This document shows, piece by piece, positions 47,501-55,926 of a DNA stretch of 64,000 nt. This DNA is from Thermoanaerobaculia bacterium. Its GTDB lineage: Bacteria > Acidobacteriota > Thermoanaerobaculia > Gp7-AA8. The stretch lies in assembly GCA_035544735.1 (NCBI GenBank), contig DATKCD010000035.1:31854-95853 (forward strand), written 5' to 3'. Numbering within the stretch: the first letter of the stretch is position 1; every line of letters begins with the position of its first letter. The translations under genes and the position numbers were made by a program. The notes below the pieces were generated by a model. That model was given only the letters and a program-made list of their open reading frames with translations, was not told the DNA's origin and did not search any database.

Positions 47501-47559
47501 CCTACGGATCGGCCATCGACAACAGCACTCAGGACCCGACCTACGTCCCCGGACAGTAG
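41509..47559 (+). CDS. Giant (2016 aa) secreted surface protein: 2x CSLREA-like N-modules (GSLRQAI / GSLRAAI), parallel beta-helix repeats, DUF11 repeat domains, and 4 C-terminal roughly 150-aa tandem repeats
   Basis: The signal peptide MRRMPARPLGLCLLFALLAASASA is present. The nonapeptide DPSGFGEGE recurs near aa 285 and aa 795, indicating an internal duplication. Three DUF11-like segments (LT..N.GP) are present. The C-terminal repeats share G.GKIAAY.S.IDN.T.DP. Confidence 0.75.
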   Translation: MRRMPARPLGLCLLFALLAASASAQFVVTNTLDIGAGSLRQAILDSNACLATCDIEFNILAGSCPSSECRIEVASALPSISGIGSPTVDGTTQQIFNGSFVVVDGNGIAADGLTLAAASVTVDGLAVVAFGGAGIRLTSPAGGAEILSSRIGTSFAGSVEGNGGDGIAADSGLLGALISGNTIAHNGGSGVRIGTDDGDLTPSGVELISNSIFDNALLGIDLGTQGVLANDALDLDAGPNGLQNAPVLTSASSTPSGIQVVGQLESETSQDYRIEIYGSAVADPSGFGEGEILLNSFNAATDASGVAPIDQVFFASGSSFDSITATATKIDLSGGVNETSEFSNAVPLPHSYIVTNTNDSGLGSLRAAIDAANSFACAYPCTILFNIPGTGPVFTIQPLTPLPAIVVEQVFIEGSSQTSFGGDTNPFGPEIDLDGSLLSSGHGLLIDAASTFVGGVGIEGLTIRNFPGDGIRVDAPGSFSSSGNAFFNCYIGTDPTGTSASPNGGYGIGLFGAALSNFVGDPFNDIGNLISGNAAFGVYAGISSGSHIVVSNLIGTDRTATSPIPNGMGGVYVDSGFNQFGFFSSRFIVNSAGASALSAPADPSRRLARLAERDPASDERIASAPWVVRQQALAASRSSAPAVAPSSVAAQGALPAPSGNIIAFNDGPGIVLDNGASENLVALNWIHSNDGDGVLLTGTAGNGNWISVNSIHDNAGLGIDIDAGTQNADGVTQNDGAETFGEPNDLVDYPTIVSAVFDGTNTDITYTFASTSGAYQTYYFDFHKGPTPDPSGFGEGETWFDFDAQTYGITPPDGTTPHLLRFPMDLRGNWITATTGSEVFTSTSFSVSEFSAAVAVQALDLGIAKSGPATVLAGQPFSYTLTVTNFGPDTSEPVDVTDTLPAGTAFVSASASSSTPTIWSCSETSPGVVLCTTGVMLELDVTTITINVVAPGSPGTITNTADVATGGTDIDPANDFSAVSTTVLPPEADLKIEKSGPASVQPGQSFSWTLVVTNLGPESALDLGLNDVLPGGVTSVSFSAPGWTCAFTPSSAPSSAGSLSCFRPSLAAGVSSSITIQVTAPNGSATLTNTADVFSETTDSNQANNGATAVTVVEDPCTVGRPISVSPVGETAGPPVEFVFEAVAEATGYQIILIGPDGVSRQLASISGSAPAGEQMRVTVESGIPSGRNIWFARALFKPPCRTVDGNQLVFFIDSCPTAVPELLEPAGGVVNSPTTVFRWTRVDEATRYDLFTSLDGGGFVFAGSVNQPADPNEVPSLELAVPAGAAIGWFVEVFFGPDCPVGRSATEGFDVACFAPVLSVPGELSSGEPYQVRATIVSVGRGYEFQESTSPDFDENLVVRDGIVDESGEFIFAEFEHEIVDATAFFYRVRVAQTGCQFSDPPGRIVIIPISLDSVAQFGFDSPISRALFVPSPDPDSELSFNFVATTDRDWLTVQPNSGIVGPEGVTLTVVIDPVDLPVGSTIGTVLVEFTEVGASGKSAQSNHTTTTSTSVSLTLVTPVTNTGKSGPVAESLVIPAVAHAGGVASAWRTDVRLINLGTSVKKYALNLTESGQDGTQSGKTSEIQLAPGQITALNDVVKHWYGIGSLPGESGTGTLEIRPLDAAGKTAAQTPVTRTLVSLASSRTYNQTTTGTLGQFIPAIPFAAFVGQTPPEAEQRSVLSLQQLAQSTDYRTNVGVVEAAGKSATVTMRFFDAAGVELFTLPVTLQPGEHRQFDQILAKNGVANVASARAELEVTGGDGKIAAYASVIDNRTGDPLLVQAVDLATLGAQKYVVPGVAHFETGQANWRSDLQLFNAGLASVRARLAFFRQQETTAAQTVEVDLEPGTVTALNDILQNTFGESNSGGAVHVTTDVESRLVITGRTYDQQEDGTFGQFISAVTEEQAIGLGDRPMQVLQMEESAKVRTNLGLVEVTGQPVLIEITAHPAESRVSPTIQLNLAGNEFRQLNQVLRILNAGTTYNARVSLRVIGGNGRIAAYGSAIDNSTQDPTYVPGQ

Positions 47560-47705
47560 TCGGACCGGTTTTCGCGCCGACACGTGCCTCCCGGCTTCCG
47601 GCCGGGCGGTACCCCTGCGGCGGAGAAACGCCGCCACGGGCCGCTGATCTCCCCGAGCCACGCCCCCCCCCCAGCGGCACCGCTCCGGGTGCTACCATTG
47701 CCGGC

Positions 47706-48206
47706 ATGCGGACGGCGGTCTACCCAGGCTCATTCGACCCGATCACGAATGGTCATCTCGACATCATCCGGCGCGGCACGCGCCTGTTCGACCGGACCAT
47801 CGTGGCCATCCTCGAGAACGAGGAGAAATCCTCCCTCTTCCCGGTCGCGGAGCGCATCGACACGATCCGGCAGGTCACGCGCGATCTGCCGACCGTCGAG
47901 GTGCGATCGTTTTCCGGGCTGCTCGTCAACTTCGTCAGGAAGGTGAACGCGAGCGTCGTGGTTCGCGGGATCCGCGCCGTCTCCGATTTCGAGTACGAGT
48001 TCCAGATGACGCTGATGAACCGCGAGCTGGCTCCCGACACCGAGACGATCTTCATGATGCCGGCCGTGGAGTACACTTTCGTCTCCTCCCGGCTGATCAA
48101 GGAGGTCTTCCGACTGGGAGGAGACGTCCATCGGCTCGTCCCCCCGCTGGTGCTGGAGCGTCTGGCGCAGCGTCTCGGCCCCTCGCCGGCGGCGCCTCAG
48201 CGCTGA
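47706..48206 (+). CDS. coaD: Pantetheine-phosphate adenylyltransferase
   Basis: The motif YPGSFDPITNGHLDII is present. Confidence 0.9.
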   Translation: MRTAVYPGSFDPITNGHLDIIRRGTRLFDRTIVAILENEEKSSLFPVAERIDTIRQVTRDLPTVEVRSFSGLLVNFVRKVNASVVVRGIRAVSDFEYEFQMTLMNRELAPDTETIFMMPAVEYTFVSSRLIKEVFRLGGDVHRLVPPLVLERLAQRLGPSPAAPQR

Positions 48207-49150
48207 GAGCCGGCCGGATCGAGGGCGTCTCTGAGACCTTCCCCCAGAAGGTTGCAGGCGATCACGGTGAGAAAGATCGCGATGCCGGGAAAGGCCGTCA
48301 GCCACCACGCCTGCAGAAGATAATCGTCGGCGCTCGAAAGAATCGTCCCCCACGATGCTCGCGGCGAAGAGATTCCGAATCCGAGGAACGAGATCGCCGA
48401 TTCGGCGAGGATCGCGCCGGAGACTCCGAACGTGGTTGTGACGATCGCCGGCGCGAGGGCGTTCGGAATCAGGTGCCGGACCACGATCCTCCCCTTCCCC
48501 GCCCCCACCGCCTTCGCTGCCGTCGCATACTCCGTCTCCCTCACCCGGAGCACTTCTCCACGCACCAGCCTCGCCTCGGCGGTCCACGACGTGAGCGCGA
48601 GCGCCAGGACGATCGTCGCCATGCCCGGCTCGAGGATCGCGACGATCGTCAGGAGCAGGATCATGAAGGGAAACGCGATGATGGCATCCACGAGCCGCAT
48701 CACCGCGCCGTCGATCCAGCCGCCGAAGTAGCCGGCGCATCCCCCCAGTGCGCATCCGATCAGGAGGGCGAACAGCGCGGAGCAGAAGCCGACGACCAGG
48801 GAGATCCGCGCGCCATGGATCACGCGGGCGAGCACGTCCCTGCCGAGCTCGTCGGTCCCGAGCCGATGCCTCCGGCTCGGCGGCTCGAGCCGTTCGGCGA
48901 GGGAGATGTTGCGCGGCGAGTACGGAACCGGGGCCGACACCACGCGCTCACCCTCCGCGGCCGACTCCGCCGGCGCCGGCGCGTCGAGAAGCGCGGGAAG
49001 CCAGTTCGCGAAGGCGGGAAATCTCCAGCCCGTGGCTCCACGCACCGCGAGCGGCAGATCCGTCGCAATCAGCGGCGAGAGCAGCGCGACGGCGGCGAGC
49101 GCCGCCAGCAGCGCGGCACCCGCTCGGAGCGCGAGACTTCCTCCTCTCAT
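48197..49150 (-). CDS. ABC transporter permease (peptide/nickel family, DppC/OppC-like)
   Basis: The motifs LGTDELGRDV and an EAA-like loop are present. The start MRGGSLAL is chosen; the longer upstream ORF is Arg-rich. The start overlaps the neighbouring permease stop (ATGA). Confidence 0.8.
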   Translation of the reverse strand: MRGGSLALRAGAALLAALAAVALLSPLIATDLPLAVRGATGWRFPAFANWLPALLDAPAPAESAAEGERVVSAPVPYSPRNISLAERLEPPSRRHRLGTDELGRDVLARVIHGARISLVVGFCSALFALLIGCALGGCAGYFGGWIDGAVMRLVDAIIAFPFMILLLTIVAILEPGMATIVLALALTSWTAEARLVRGEVLRVRETEYATAAKAVGAGKGRIVVRHLIPNALAPAIVTTTFGVSGAILAESAISFLGFGISSPRASWGTILSSADDYLLQAWWLTAFPGIAIFLTVIACNLLGEGLRDALDPAGSQR

Positions 49151-50133
49151 CGCCCTTCTCCCACGCGCACGCGAGGATCGGCGACCGCATAGAGCAGATC
49201 GGCGCAGAGCGAGACCGCCATCGTCACGACCGCCGTCACGACCGCAAGCCCGAGGACCAGAGGATAGTCGCGCGCGAGCACCGCTCCGAAGAACAACCGC
49301 CCGATTCCGTCCCACTGAAAGATCTGCTCCACGACGACGCTGCCCGAAACGAGCCACGGAATCACCAGTCCCGCGAGGGAGATCAGCGGCACCAGAGTGT
49401 TGCGGAAGCCGTGGATCCAGAGCACGCGAATCGAACCGGCCCCCTTGGCCCGGGCCGTCCGGATGAAGGGGGTGCCGAGGGTTTCGCGGAGCGCCGAGCG
49501 GACGAATCGGGCGAAGAAGGCGATCTGACCGTAGGCCAGCACCGTCACCGGCAGCACCAGGTGCTCCAGGCGGTCGGCGAGGCCCCCTGCGCGCCCCACG
49601 GACGCTCCGGAGGAGCTCATTCCCATCAGGGGGAGCACGCCCAGGCGGACGGCGAACAGCTCGATCAGCAGCAGGGCCACCCAGAACGCGGGAAGCGAAT
49701 AGAGGAGGAACAGGACGACGGCGGATCCGCGATCGACCAGGGAGCCCGGTCGGGCCGCCGCGGCGACGCCGAGCGGAATCCCGATCGCGAGGGCGACCAG
49801 GAGTGCGAGACCGTTGAGCAGGAGGGTTGCGGGGATGCGCTCGGCGATCACGGTGCGCACGGGCCGGCGATGCGCGAGGGAGTCGCCGAAATCGAAGCGA
49901 AGCGCCGCGGCGGCCCAGGCGAGATACTGCGCACCGAGAGAGCGGTCGAGGCCGTGCTCGGCCCGGATCGCTTCGAGAACATCGGGAGGAGGAACTCTCC
50001 CCCCCCGAACGGCGCCGGTCAGGAGCAGCGCCGGATCTCCCGGCGCGAGGTGCATCAACCCGAACACCACGAGCGTGATGCCGATCAGCGTCGCTGCCGT
50101 CGTCAGGAGCCGCCTGCCGAGATAGCCGCTCAT
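49147..50133 (-). CDS. ABC transporter permease (DppB/OppB-like)
   Basis: The start is at MSGYLGRRLL, and the layout is typical of the BPD transport-system inner-membrane component. Confidence 0.8.
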   Translation of the reverse strand: MSGYLGRRLLTTAATLIGITLVVFGLMHLAPGDPALLLTGAVRGGRVPPPDVLEAIRAEHGLDRSLGAQYLAWAAAALRFDFGDSLAHRRPVRTVIAERIPATLLLNGLALLVALAIGIPLGVAAAARPGSLVDRGSAVVLFLLYSLPAFWVALLLIELFAVRLGVLPLMGMSSSGASVGRAGGLADRLEHLVLPVTVLAYGQIAFFARFVRSALRETLGTPFIRTARAKGAGSIRVLWIHGFRNTLVPLISLAGLVIPWLVSGSVVVEQIFQWDGIGRLFFGAVLARDYPLVLGLAVVTAVVTMAVSLCADLLYAVADPRVRVGEGR

Positions 50134-50137
50134 CGCC

Positions 50138-51790
50138 TCAAGGCTCGCGTCGCTCGCTCTCGCTCCCGCGATCCTCCGGCGCGATCCACCACTGCAGCGG
50201 TCCCGGGGACCATCCGAACAGGCCGAGCCCCTCGGCATGCTCCACGCCTCGCACCCGGCGGTTCACCGCCCACTTGGTCGACACCTGGATCGTCCACGCG
50301 TACGGCTGATCTCGCGCGAGAATCTCGTGCAGCTCCCGGTAGATCTCGGCACGACGGTTCCGATCGAACTCGGTCCGCCCCACTTCGATCAGCCGGTCGA
50401 CCTCGGGATTGTCGTAATAGACGAAGTTCTGCCCGTTCGGGGGGAACTGCGACGAGTGGAAGAGCGAAAACAGGTCGGGATCGAGGTCGAGCGACCAGGC
50501 GAGCATCGTCGACTGAAACTCGCCGCTGAGCACCCTCGAGAACAGGGTCGCGGCGTCGAGCTGCGTGATCCGGAGTCTCACGCCCGCGCGCGCGAGCTGG
50601 TCCTGGTAGATCTGCGCCTGGTTGGCCGACGAGGTATCCCCCGCCACGAGCAGCATCTCGATCTCGAACGGCTCGCCTTCGCGGTCGAGCACTCCGTCGC
50701 GATCCGAGTCGCTCCACCCGGCCGCCGCGAAGACTTTCCCGGCGGCCGTCGGATCGAACTCGATCGGGCTCACCGAGGGATTGAAGGCCCAGTGGTTCGG
50801 CGTGAAGGGTCCCGTGATGATCCTCGCGGTCCCGTAGTACAGCTTTTCGATGATCAGGCGGCGGTCGAGGCACATGGTCAGAGCGCGCCGGATCGCCGGA
50901 TCCGCGAGAATCGGATCGCGGTTGTTCCACGGAATGAAGTTGTACCCCAGCTCGTAGAAGCGATGAAACTCGATGGTCGAGGTGAACGAGGGGTCTTCAC
51001 GATTGGCGAGCCACTGATCGGACGTAGCGATCGTCTCGTCGATCTCGCCTGCGCGGAGCGCGTTCCACGCCTGGTTCCGATCTTCGATGATCCGGAACAG
51101 GATCGACTCGATGTAAGGCTTTTCCCGCCAGTAGTTCTCGCGGCGCTCGAGCAGGATCTCGCTTCCCCGCACGCGGCGCACCATCTCGTAGGGGCCCGAC
51201 CCGATCGCGCGATCGTGGAACGAGCTCGCGAAATCGCCCTTCGAATAGACGTGCTCCGGAAGCACCGCGATGTTGAACGCGAGGAGCTGGGCGGGACGCG
51301 CCTGCGTGAATACCACCTGGACGGTGTGGTCGTCGAGGGCCCTGGTCTGGTCGAGCTTCAGCCCTGCGAACAGCCCCGAGAGCTGCACCGACTGCGACTT
51401 CGGATCGACGATCCTCCGGAGGGTGAAGACCACGTCCTGGGCGCGGACCGGGCGGCCGTCGCTGAACGTCGCCGCCGGCTCGAGCTCGAAGACCCAGGTC
51501 AGCCGGTCGTCCGACACGGTCCAGGAGCGCGCCAGCCCCGGGATCACCTCCAGGTTCCGGTTGACCTCGACGAGCGCATCGTGCAGATAGGAGAGGACCA
51601 GCTTCTCCGGCTGGGTCGAGTGCATCACGAAATTCAGCGTTCCGGCGTCGCCTTCCAGCCGCCGGACCAGGTGTCCCCCCTCGACCGGGACGTCCGAGCT
51701 CCCCTCCCCCTTCGTCCCCGCCGGGCGTTCCGGCGGCGCGCACGCGAGCGCGAGCGCGACGAGCACCCCTGCCGGAATTCGCCACCGCAT
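50138..51790 (-). CDS. ABC transporter substrate-binding protein, family 5 (peptide/nickel)
   Basis: A lipoprotein signal LVALALAC is present. The long SBP_bac_5-like sequence makes this an operon with the two permeases. No ATPase genes are adjacent. Confidence 0.85.
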   Translation of the reverse strand: MRWRIPAGVLVALALACAPPERPAGTKGEGSSDVPVEGGHLVRRLEGDAGTLNFVMHSTQPEKLVLSYLHDALVEVNRNLEVIPGLARSWTVSDDRLTWVFELEPAATFSDGRPVRAQDVVFTLRRIVDPKSQSVQLSGLFAGLKLDQTRALDDHTVQVVFTQARPAQLLAFNIAVLPEHVYSKGDFASSFHDRAIGSGPYEMVRRVRGSEILLERRENYWREKPYIESILFRIIEDRNQAWNALRAGEIDETIATSDQWLANREDPSFTSTIEFHRFYELGYNFIPWNNRDPILADPAIRRALTMCLDRRLIIEKLYYGTARIITGPFTPNHWAFNPSVSPIEFDPTAAGKVFAAAGWSDSDRDGVLDREGEPFEIEMLLVAGDTSSANQAQIYQDQLARAGVRLRITQLDAATLFSRVLSGEFQSTMLAWSLDLDPDLFSLFHSSQFPPNGQNFVYYDNPEVDRLIEVGRTEFDRNRRAEIYRELHEILARDQPYAWTIQVSTKWAVNRRVRGVEHAEGLGLFGWSPGPLQWWIAPEDRGSESERREP

Positions 51791-51881
51791 GCGAGGTCCC
51801 CTCTCCATCGGTCTGCTCGACGGGCCGGTTCACTCGGACCGCCGGTCGCGACGCCGACTCTATTATAGGGAGTCTGCCGGA

Positions 51882-54038
51882 TCAGGGCCGGATCGTCGCC
51901 GTCGCCACGTTCCAGGACGAATCGACCACGCGCAGCACGACGAACTGATCGCGGATCTCGGAGCGCCGGAATCGAAATTCCTCCTCACGCGAGTCGACGA
52001 TCCCGTCCACCGGAGGGATCCGGATCCACCGCTCGGCATCCGCGGCGTATTCCGCGCGGACGAGCGGCGAAAGGGCATCCCGCACGGTGACGACCACCCA
52101 CTCCCCCTCGATCCGGCTCACGATCGCAGGAGGGGTGTTGTCGATCGTGAACTCGACCCCTTCGGTCGAAGCCGTGAGCGGCCGCTCCGGATTCTCCCGC
52201 TCGTCCGAGGCGACCAGGCGCAACTCGTAACGCCCGTCCGGGAGCTGCGAGGTGTCGAAGTTGTACTGGCTCTCCTCGACGTTGTCGCGGAGCCGCAGCC
52301 ACTCCTTCCCGCCGACGGGACGGAACGAGAGCGAGAACCGCAGCGGATCGCCGTTCGGATCGCTCGCCTTCCAGTTGACCGTCCGATACCCCTTCCGGAA
52401 CAGGCGTTTGCCCGGATCGCTCCGCTCCCGGGGATCGTCCAGGCTGCTGAAGATGCCGTGCTCGTCGGGATTCGTCGCTTCGAGGACCTGAGGGGCGGCG
52501 GGGAACGAGGCGCCGACGAAGACGACTCCCGGTTCGAGGACCGTCAGACTCTCGATGACCGGGCTCGCGTTCCGATTCATGAATGACGCGCTCATCGAGT
52601 CGACGGCGAACCCCGGCGGCGGGCTCTCCACCGTCAGGCGCCACTGGAGAAACCGCGCCGGCGGAGCATCGATCCGGCCGCTTCTTCCCTTCGCCGGAAA
52701 CCAGTCGCTCCATGTCTCATCCGGAGCGTTCGTGTTTCCGCTGCGAAACGCATTGACGGCCCCATCGAGCGCACTCCCCTCCAGCGAATAGGAGCCGAAG
52801 GTCGAAAAGCGCCCCGTGTCCTTCACGGCCGATCGATACTCGGCCCGGCCGCGGCCGCCGGCGGCGAGCCGGTAGACCGCTCCGGCGTTGGTCGTGGTCG
52901 CCACCGTCGACCCCCCCGCGGCGACCAGCGAGACGACCTGTTTCTCGGGAACCGTCGCGAGGAGGGCGAGCTCTCCATCCAACCAGCGATAGATCCGGCC
53001 GAGGGGGCCGGTGCCGAGCAGGATCGCTCCGTCCGCGCCGGCGATGTCGTAGATCATCTCGCGCTCGAGCTTGCGCACGGCGGTGACGTAGCCGTCCGGA
53101 TCGATCCGATACAGCTCGGCGCTTCCCCCGCCGGCGGTGGTGACCGGCTGATCGAATGAGAACGAGATGTCGACGGCGGGCGTGGGAGCCGAGCTTGCGG
53201 TCCCTCCCTGCGGCTGCCCGCTCTGCTGCCGGCTCTCGGTCTGCCGCGGCTGCGGGGGCTGTTCGGGCTTCGGCGGCGCCGCCGTGGGAAGGGTGCTCGA
53301 GACTCCCGCCGCCCAGGCGGCTCCTCCCGCCGGGTCGATCCAGATCGAGGAAATCTCCGTGAAGTCGGAGTCGAACAGGGCCCGGCCTCGTCCCTCCGCA
53401 TCGATCTCGTAGATGCGTCCCTCGGCCGCTCCTCCCGCCAGGATCCTTCCGCCGCCCACGGCGAGAACGCGGATATGCGTCTCCGGCGCGTCGTACAGCA
53501 CTTCTCCCTTCCCGTCGGGACCGACCTTCCAGATCCGTCCTTCCACTCCGGTTCCGACGGCGAGCGATCCGTCCGAGAGCGGCTCGATCGCCCAGATGTA
53601 GGCCTCCTGCGGATCGAAGAACACGCTCACCGAGCCGTCCGCCGGATCGATCCGGTAGATCTTCCCGTAGGGGGACGAGCCGGCGTATACGGCGCCGCGA
53701 TGCCAGGCGATCGCGTAGATCTCCGGCTCGGATGCCTGATGGAGCAGCGTGCTCTCGGTGCCGCGGACGCGATAGACGTTGCCGCTGTTGCCCGTTCCGA
53801 GATAGAGCGCCCCGGAGGGATCGACGGTCTGAGAGAGCACGAAGGGGTCGGGGAGCGATACGGCCCGGGTGAGCGCGGGACCGGGGAGGATCCGGCCGCG
53901 GGAGCTCACGGTGAGCCCTTCCGATTCGCCCGCCAGATACTCGTCGGCCGAGCGGAGACGCCAGAAGTCGGGCCTGGCGCCTTCGGCTCCGGCAGTGGCG
54001 AGAAGAAGAGCGATCAGGACCGTCGGCGCAACACGCAT
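51882..54038 (-). CDS. Secreted beta-propeller repeat protein with a C-terminal beta-sandwich (FN3-like) region
   Basis: A signal peptide is present. Blades are repeated as G.IYRID / G.IYEID / YRL. A Pro/Gln-rich linker is present. Confidence 0.5.
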   Translation of the reverse strand: MRVAPTVLIALLLATAGAEGARPDFWRLRSADEYLAGESEGLTVSSRGRILPGPALTRAVSLPDPFVLSQTVDPSGALYLGTGNSGNVYRVRGTESTLLHQASEPEIYAIAWHRGAVYAGSSPYGKIYRIDPADGSVSVFFDPQEAYIWAIEPLSDGSLAVGTGVEGRIWKVGPDGKGEVLYDAPETHIRVLAVGGGRILAGGAAEGRIYEIDAEGRGRALFDSDFTEISSIWIDPAGGAAWAAGVSSTLPTAAPPKPEQPPQPRQTESRQQSGQPQGGTASSAPTPAVDISFSFDQPVTTAGGGSAELYRIDPDGYVTAVRKLEREMIYDIAGADGAILLGTGPLGRIYRWLDGELALLATVPEKQVVSLVAAGGSTVATTTNAGAVYRLAAGGRGRAEYRSAVKDTGRFSTFGSYSLEGSALDGAVNAFRSGNTNAPDETWSDWFPAKGRSGRIDAPPARFLQWRLTVESPPPGFAVDSMSASFMNRNASPVIESLTVLEPGVVFVGASFPAAPQVLEATNPDEHGIFSSLDDPRERSDPGKRLFRKGYRTVNWKASDPNGDPLRFSLSFRPVGGKEWLRLRDNVEESQYNFDTSQLPDGRYELRLVASDERENPERPLTASTEGVEFTIDNTPPAIVSRIEGEWVVVTVRDALSPLVRAEYAADAERWIRIPPVDGIVDSREEEFRFRRSEIRDQFVVLRVVDSSWNVATATIRP

Positions 54039-54089
54039 CTCACACCCTCATTTCCATTGGAATCGGACGACCGGAGCGAATCGGATCCG

Positions 54090-55904
54090 TCAGAGCCGGG
54101 GCCGGATCCGTATGTCGACCCTGACGGCGCCGTCGACGATGTAATCGAGCGTTCGGGACTCTCGGACCGGCGCATCGACGCGGACCGGAGCGGCGGAGGA
54201 GTTCGTCGAGTCGGCGGTGATCACGGCCTGCATGGACGGAGGCAGGCTCGGATGATAGACGCCGGCGGAGACGGCTCCCTCGGTGGGTGAGTAGAGTCCG
54301 ACCGTCAGGTCGGTCGAGGAGCGGAGGCGCTCGATGACGCCGACCATCTGGGGAAGCGACCGGGGATCCGGGGGCACGAGCGAGAAGTCGAGACGGTTCG
54401 CCACGCGACCGCCGCCGACGAAAATGAATGCGTTCCCGGGCCGGGTCGTTTCGGGGATCTTCACCTCGAACGTCTCGAGGAACGCCTCCCCGCGGTAAGG
54501 CTTGAGCATCGCGTTCACGCGGATCGTGTCGCCCGGATTGATCTGCCCGTCGGAGGGCGTCTCGACGGACGCCTGCAGAAGGCGGGCGAGCCGGAGGTCG
54601 TCCTCGTGCCGGAGGCGGAGGCGGATGGCGCGGATCGGTGCGTCGACGTACTCGTTGGAGAGCAGGTAGCTGGAGATGACGGCGAGGTAGACGGGGATGG
54701 ACTGGCGCGCCTCGGGGCCTGCCCAGCCGTCCCGGACCCGGATCGGCTCGGCGAATCCGTCGATGGTGATCTCCGAATCGAGCATGATCGTCCGCTCGCC
54801 GGCGGCCCGCTGCGCGACCGCGACCACGCTGTCGGCGACCATCGCGAGAAGCAGCGGAGACAGCATCGGGTGTCGCGCGAGCTGGAACTCGAACGTCTCC
54901 AGGCCCCGCGAGCCTTCGAGCGTCAGCTCGACGGGGATCATCTCCGCCACGGCACCGACCGTTCCGAAGATCCCCGAGGAGCGGTCCTGCTGCAGAGCCC
55001 CCACGACCTCACCCGAGTTCGAGAACTTGAACGAGCGCGCCACGCTCGACATCACCGCGATCACTTCCGCCTTCGCCATCGGAAACTCGATCGCTCCCAT
55101 GTCGAGGAACGGATGGCCGAACGCCCAGACCCGGTCGCCATCGACGTGCGTCACCGTCCCGGTGGCCGCCACCGAGAAGTCTCCCTGCAGCAGCACGGCG
55201 CCGATCGCGTCACCCGGCTCGAAGGGAGCCTTCGCCGCATCACGCTCGAGCGCCGCACCCGATGCCGTGCTCCCGGCGGGAACGGCGAGGAATCCCCCGG
55301 CCTCGAACATCCGTCCGAAACGATCGAGGGTCTCGGAGGCGAAGTTTCCGAACGAGAGCGGCACGGCGATCGGAAGGGCGGCCGAAGTCCCGCCCGCCGG
55401 CCGCGCGAGCGCCGCGAACATCGGCTCGAGCGCTTCCGGTCGCGGATCGAGCAGCGCCTCGATCAGCGCCCGCGAGTCCGCACTCGCAGCCACCATCGGC
55501 GACCCCGACCCCGCTCCGTTCTGCGCCAGCCGCAGCATCTCCTCGATCGGCGTGATCCCGGCGATCGGATCCTTCGCGAACTGCCACGAGTACGCCAGCG
55601 CCCCGATCAGCTTCCCGTCGATGAAGATCGGCGACCCGCTCATCCCCGCGATCACCCCGCTGCGTTTCAGCAGCTCCGAATCCACTCTCGCCAGTATCAG
55701 GTCCTGCGACGGACCCATCTTCGGCAGCACCCCGAGGATCTCGACCTCGAAACGCTCGACCTCGTTCCCCTCGAAGATCGTCAGCCCGTATCCCTTCATC
55801 CCCTTCTTCACCTCCCCGACCGGCAGGATCTCCGCAGCGAGCTCCGCTGGGGGTACGAGCGCGAGGACGACGGCGAGGAGCGGAATGAATGTTCGGAAGT
55901 TCAC
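54090..55904 (-). CDS. SpoIVB-like peptidase S55 domain protein
   Basis: The motif GMSGSPIFIDGKLIGALAY matches the S55 (SpoIVB) catalytic Ser region. A signal peptide is present, and a GTG start is proposed. Confidence 0.5.
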   Translation of the reverse strand: MNFRTFIPLLAVVLALVPPAELAAEILPVGEVKKGMKGYGLTIFEGNEVERFEVEILGVLPKMGPSQDLILARVDSELLKRSGVIAGMSGSPIFIDGKLIGALAYSWQFAKDPIAGITPIEEMLRLAQNGAGSGSPMVAASADSRALIEALLDPRPEALEPMFAALARPAGGTSAALPIAVPLSFGNFASETLDRFGRMFEAGGFLAVPAGSTASGAALERDAAKAPFEPGDAIGAVLLQGDFSVAATGTVTHVDGDRVWAFGHPFLDMGAIEFPMAKAEVIAVMSSVARSFKFSNSGEVVGALQQDRSSGIFGTVGAVAEMIPVELTLEGSRGLETFEFQLARHPMLSPLLLAMVADSVVAVAQRAAGERTIMLDSEITIDGFAEPIRVRDGWAGPEARQSIPVYLAVISSYLLSNEYVDAPIRAIRLRLRHEDDLRLARLLQASVETPSDGQINPGDTIRVNAMLKPYRGEAFLETFEVKIPETTRPGNAFIFVGGGRVANRLDFSLVPPDPRSLPQMVGVIERLRSSTDLTVGLYSPTEGAVSAGVYHPSLPPSMQAVITADSTNSSAAPVRVDAPVRESRTLDYIVDGAVRVDIRIRPRL

Positions 55905-55926
55905 GTCCGGATGAACAAGCGCCGAA

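Noticed and set aside
48130-48175. GCGTCTGGC...GCGTCTCGG inside the coaD 3' end, which resembles the 9-bp repeat unit.
   Set aside because: There are only two degenerate copies, and they are in-frame coding sequence (LERLAQRLG). It is coincidental similarity, not an array.
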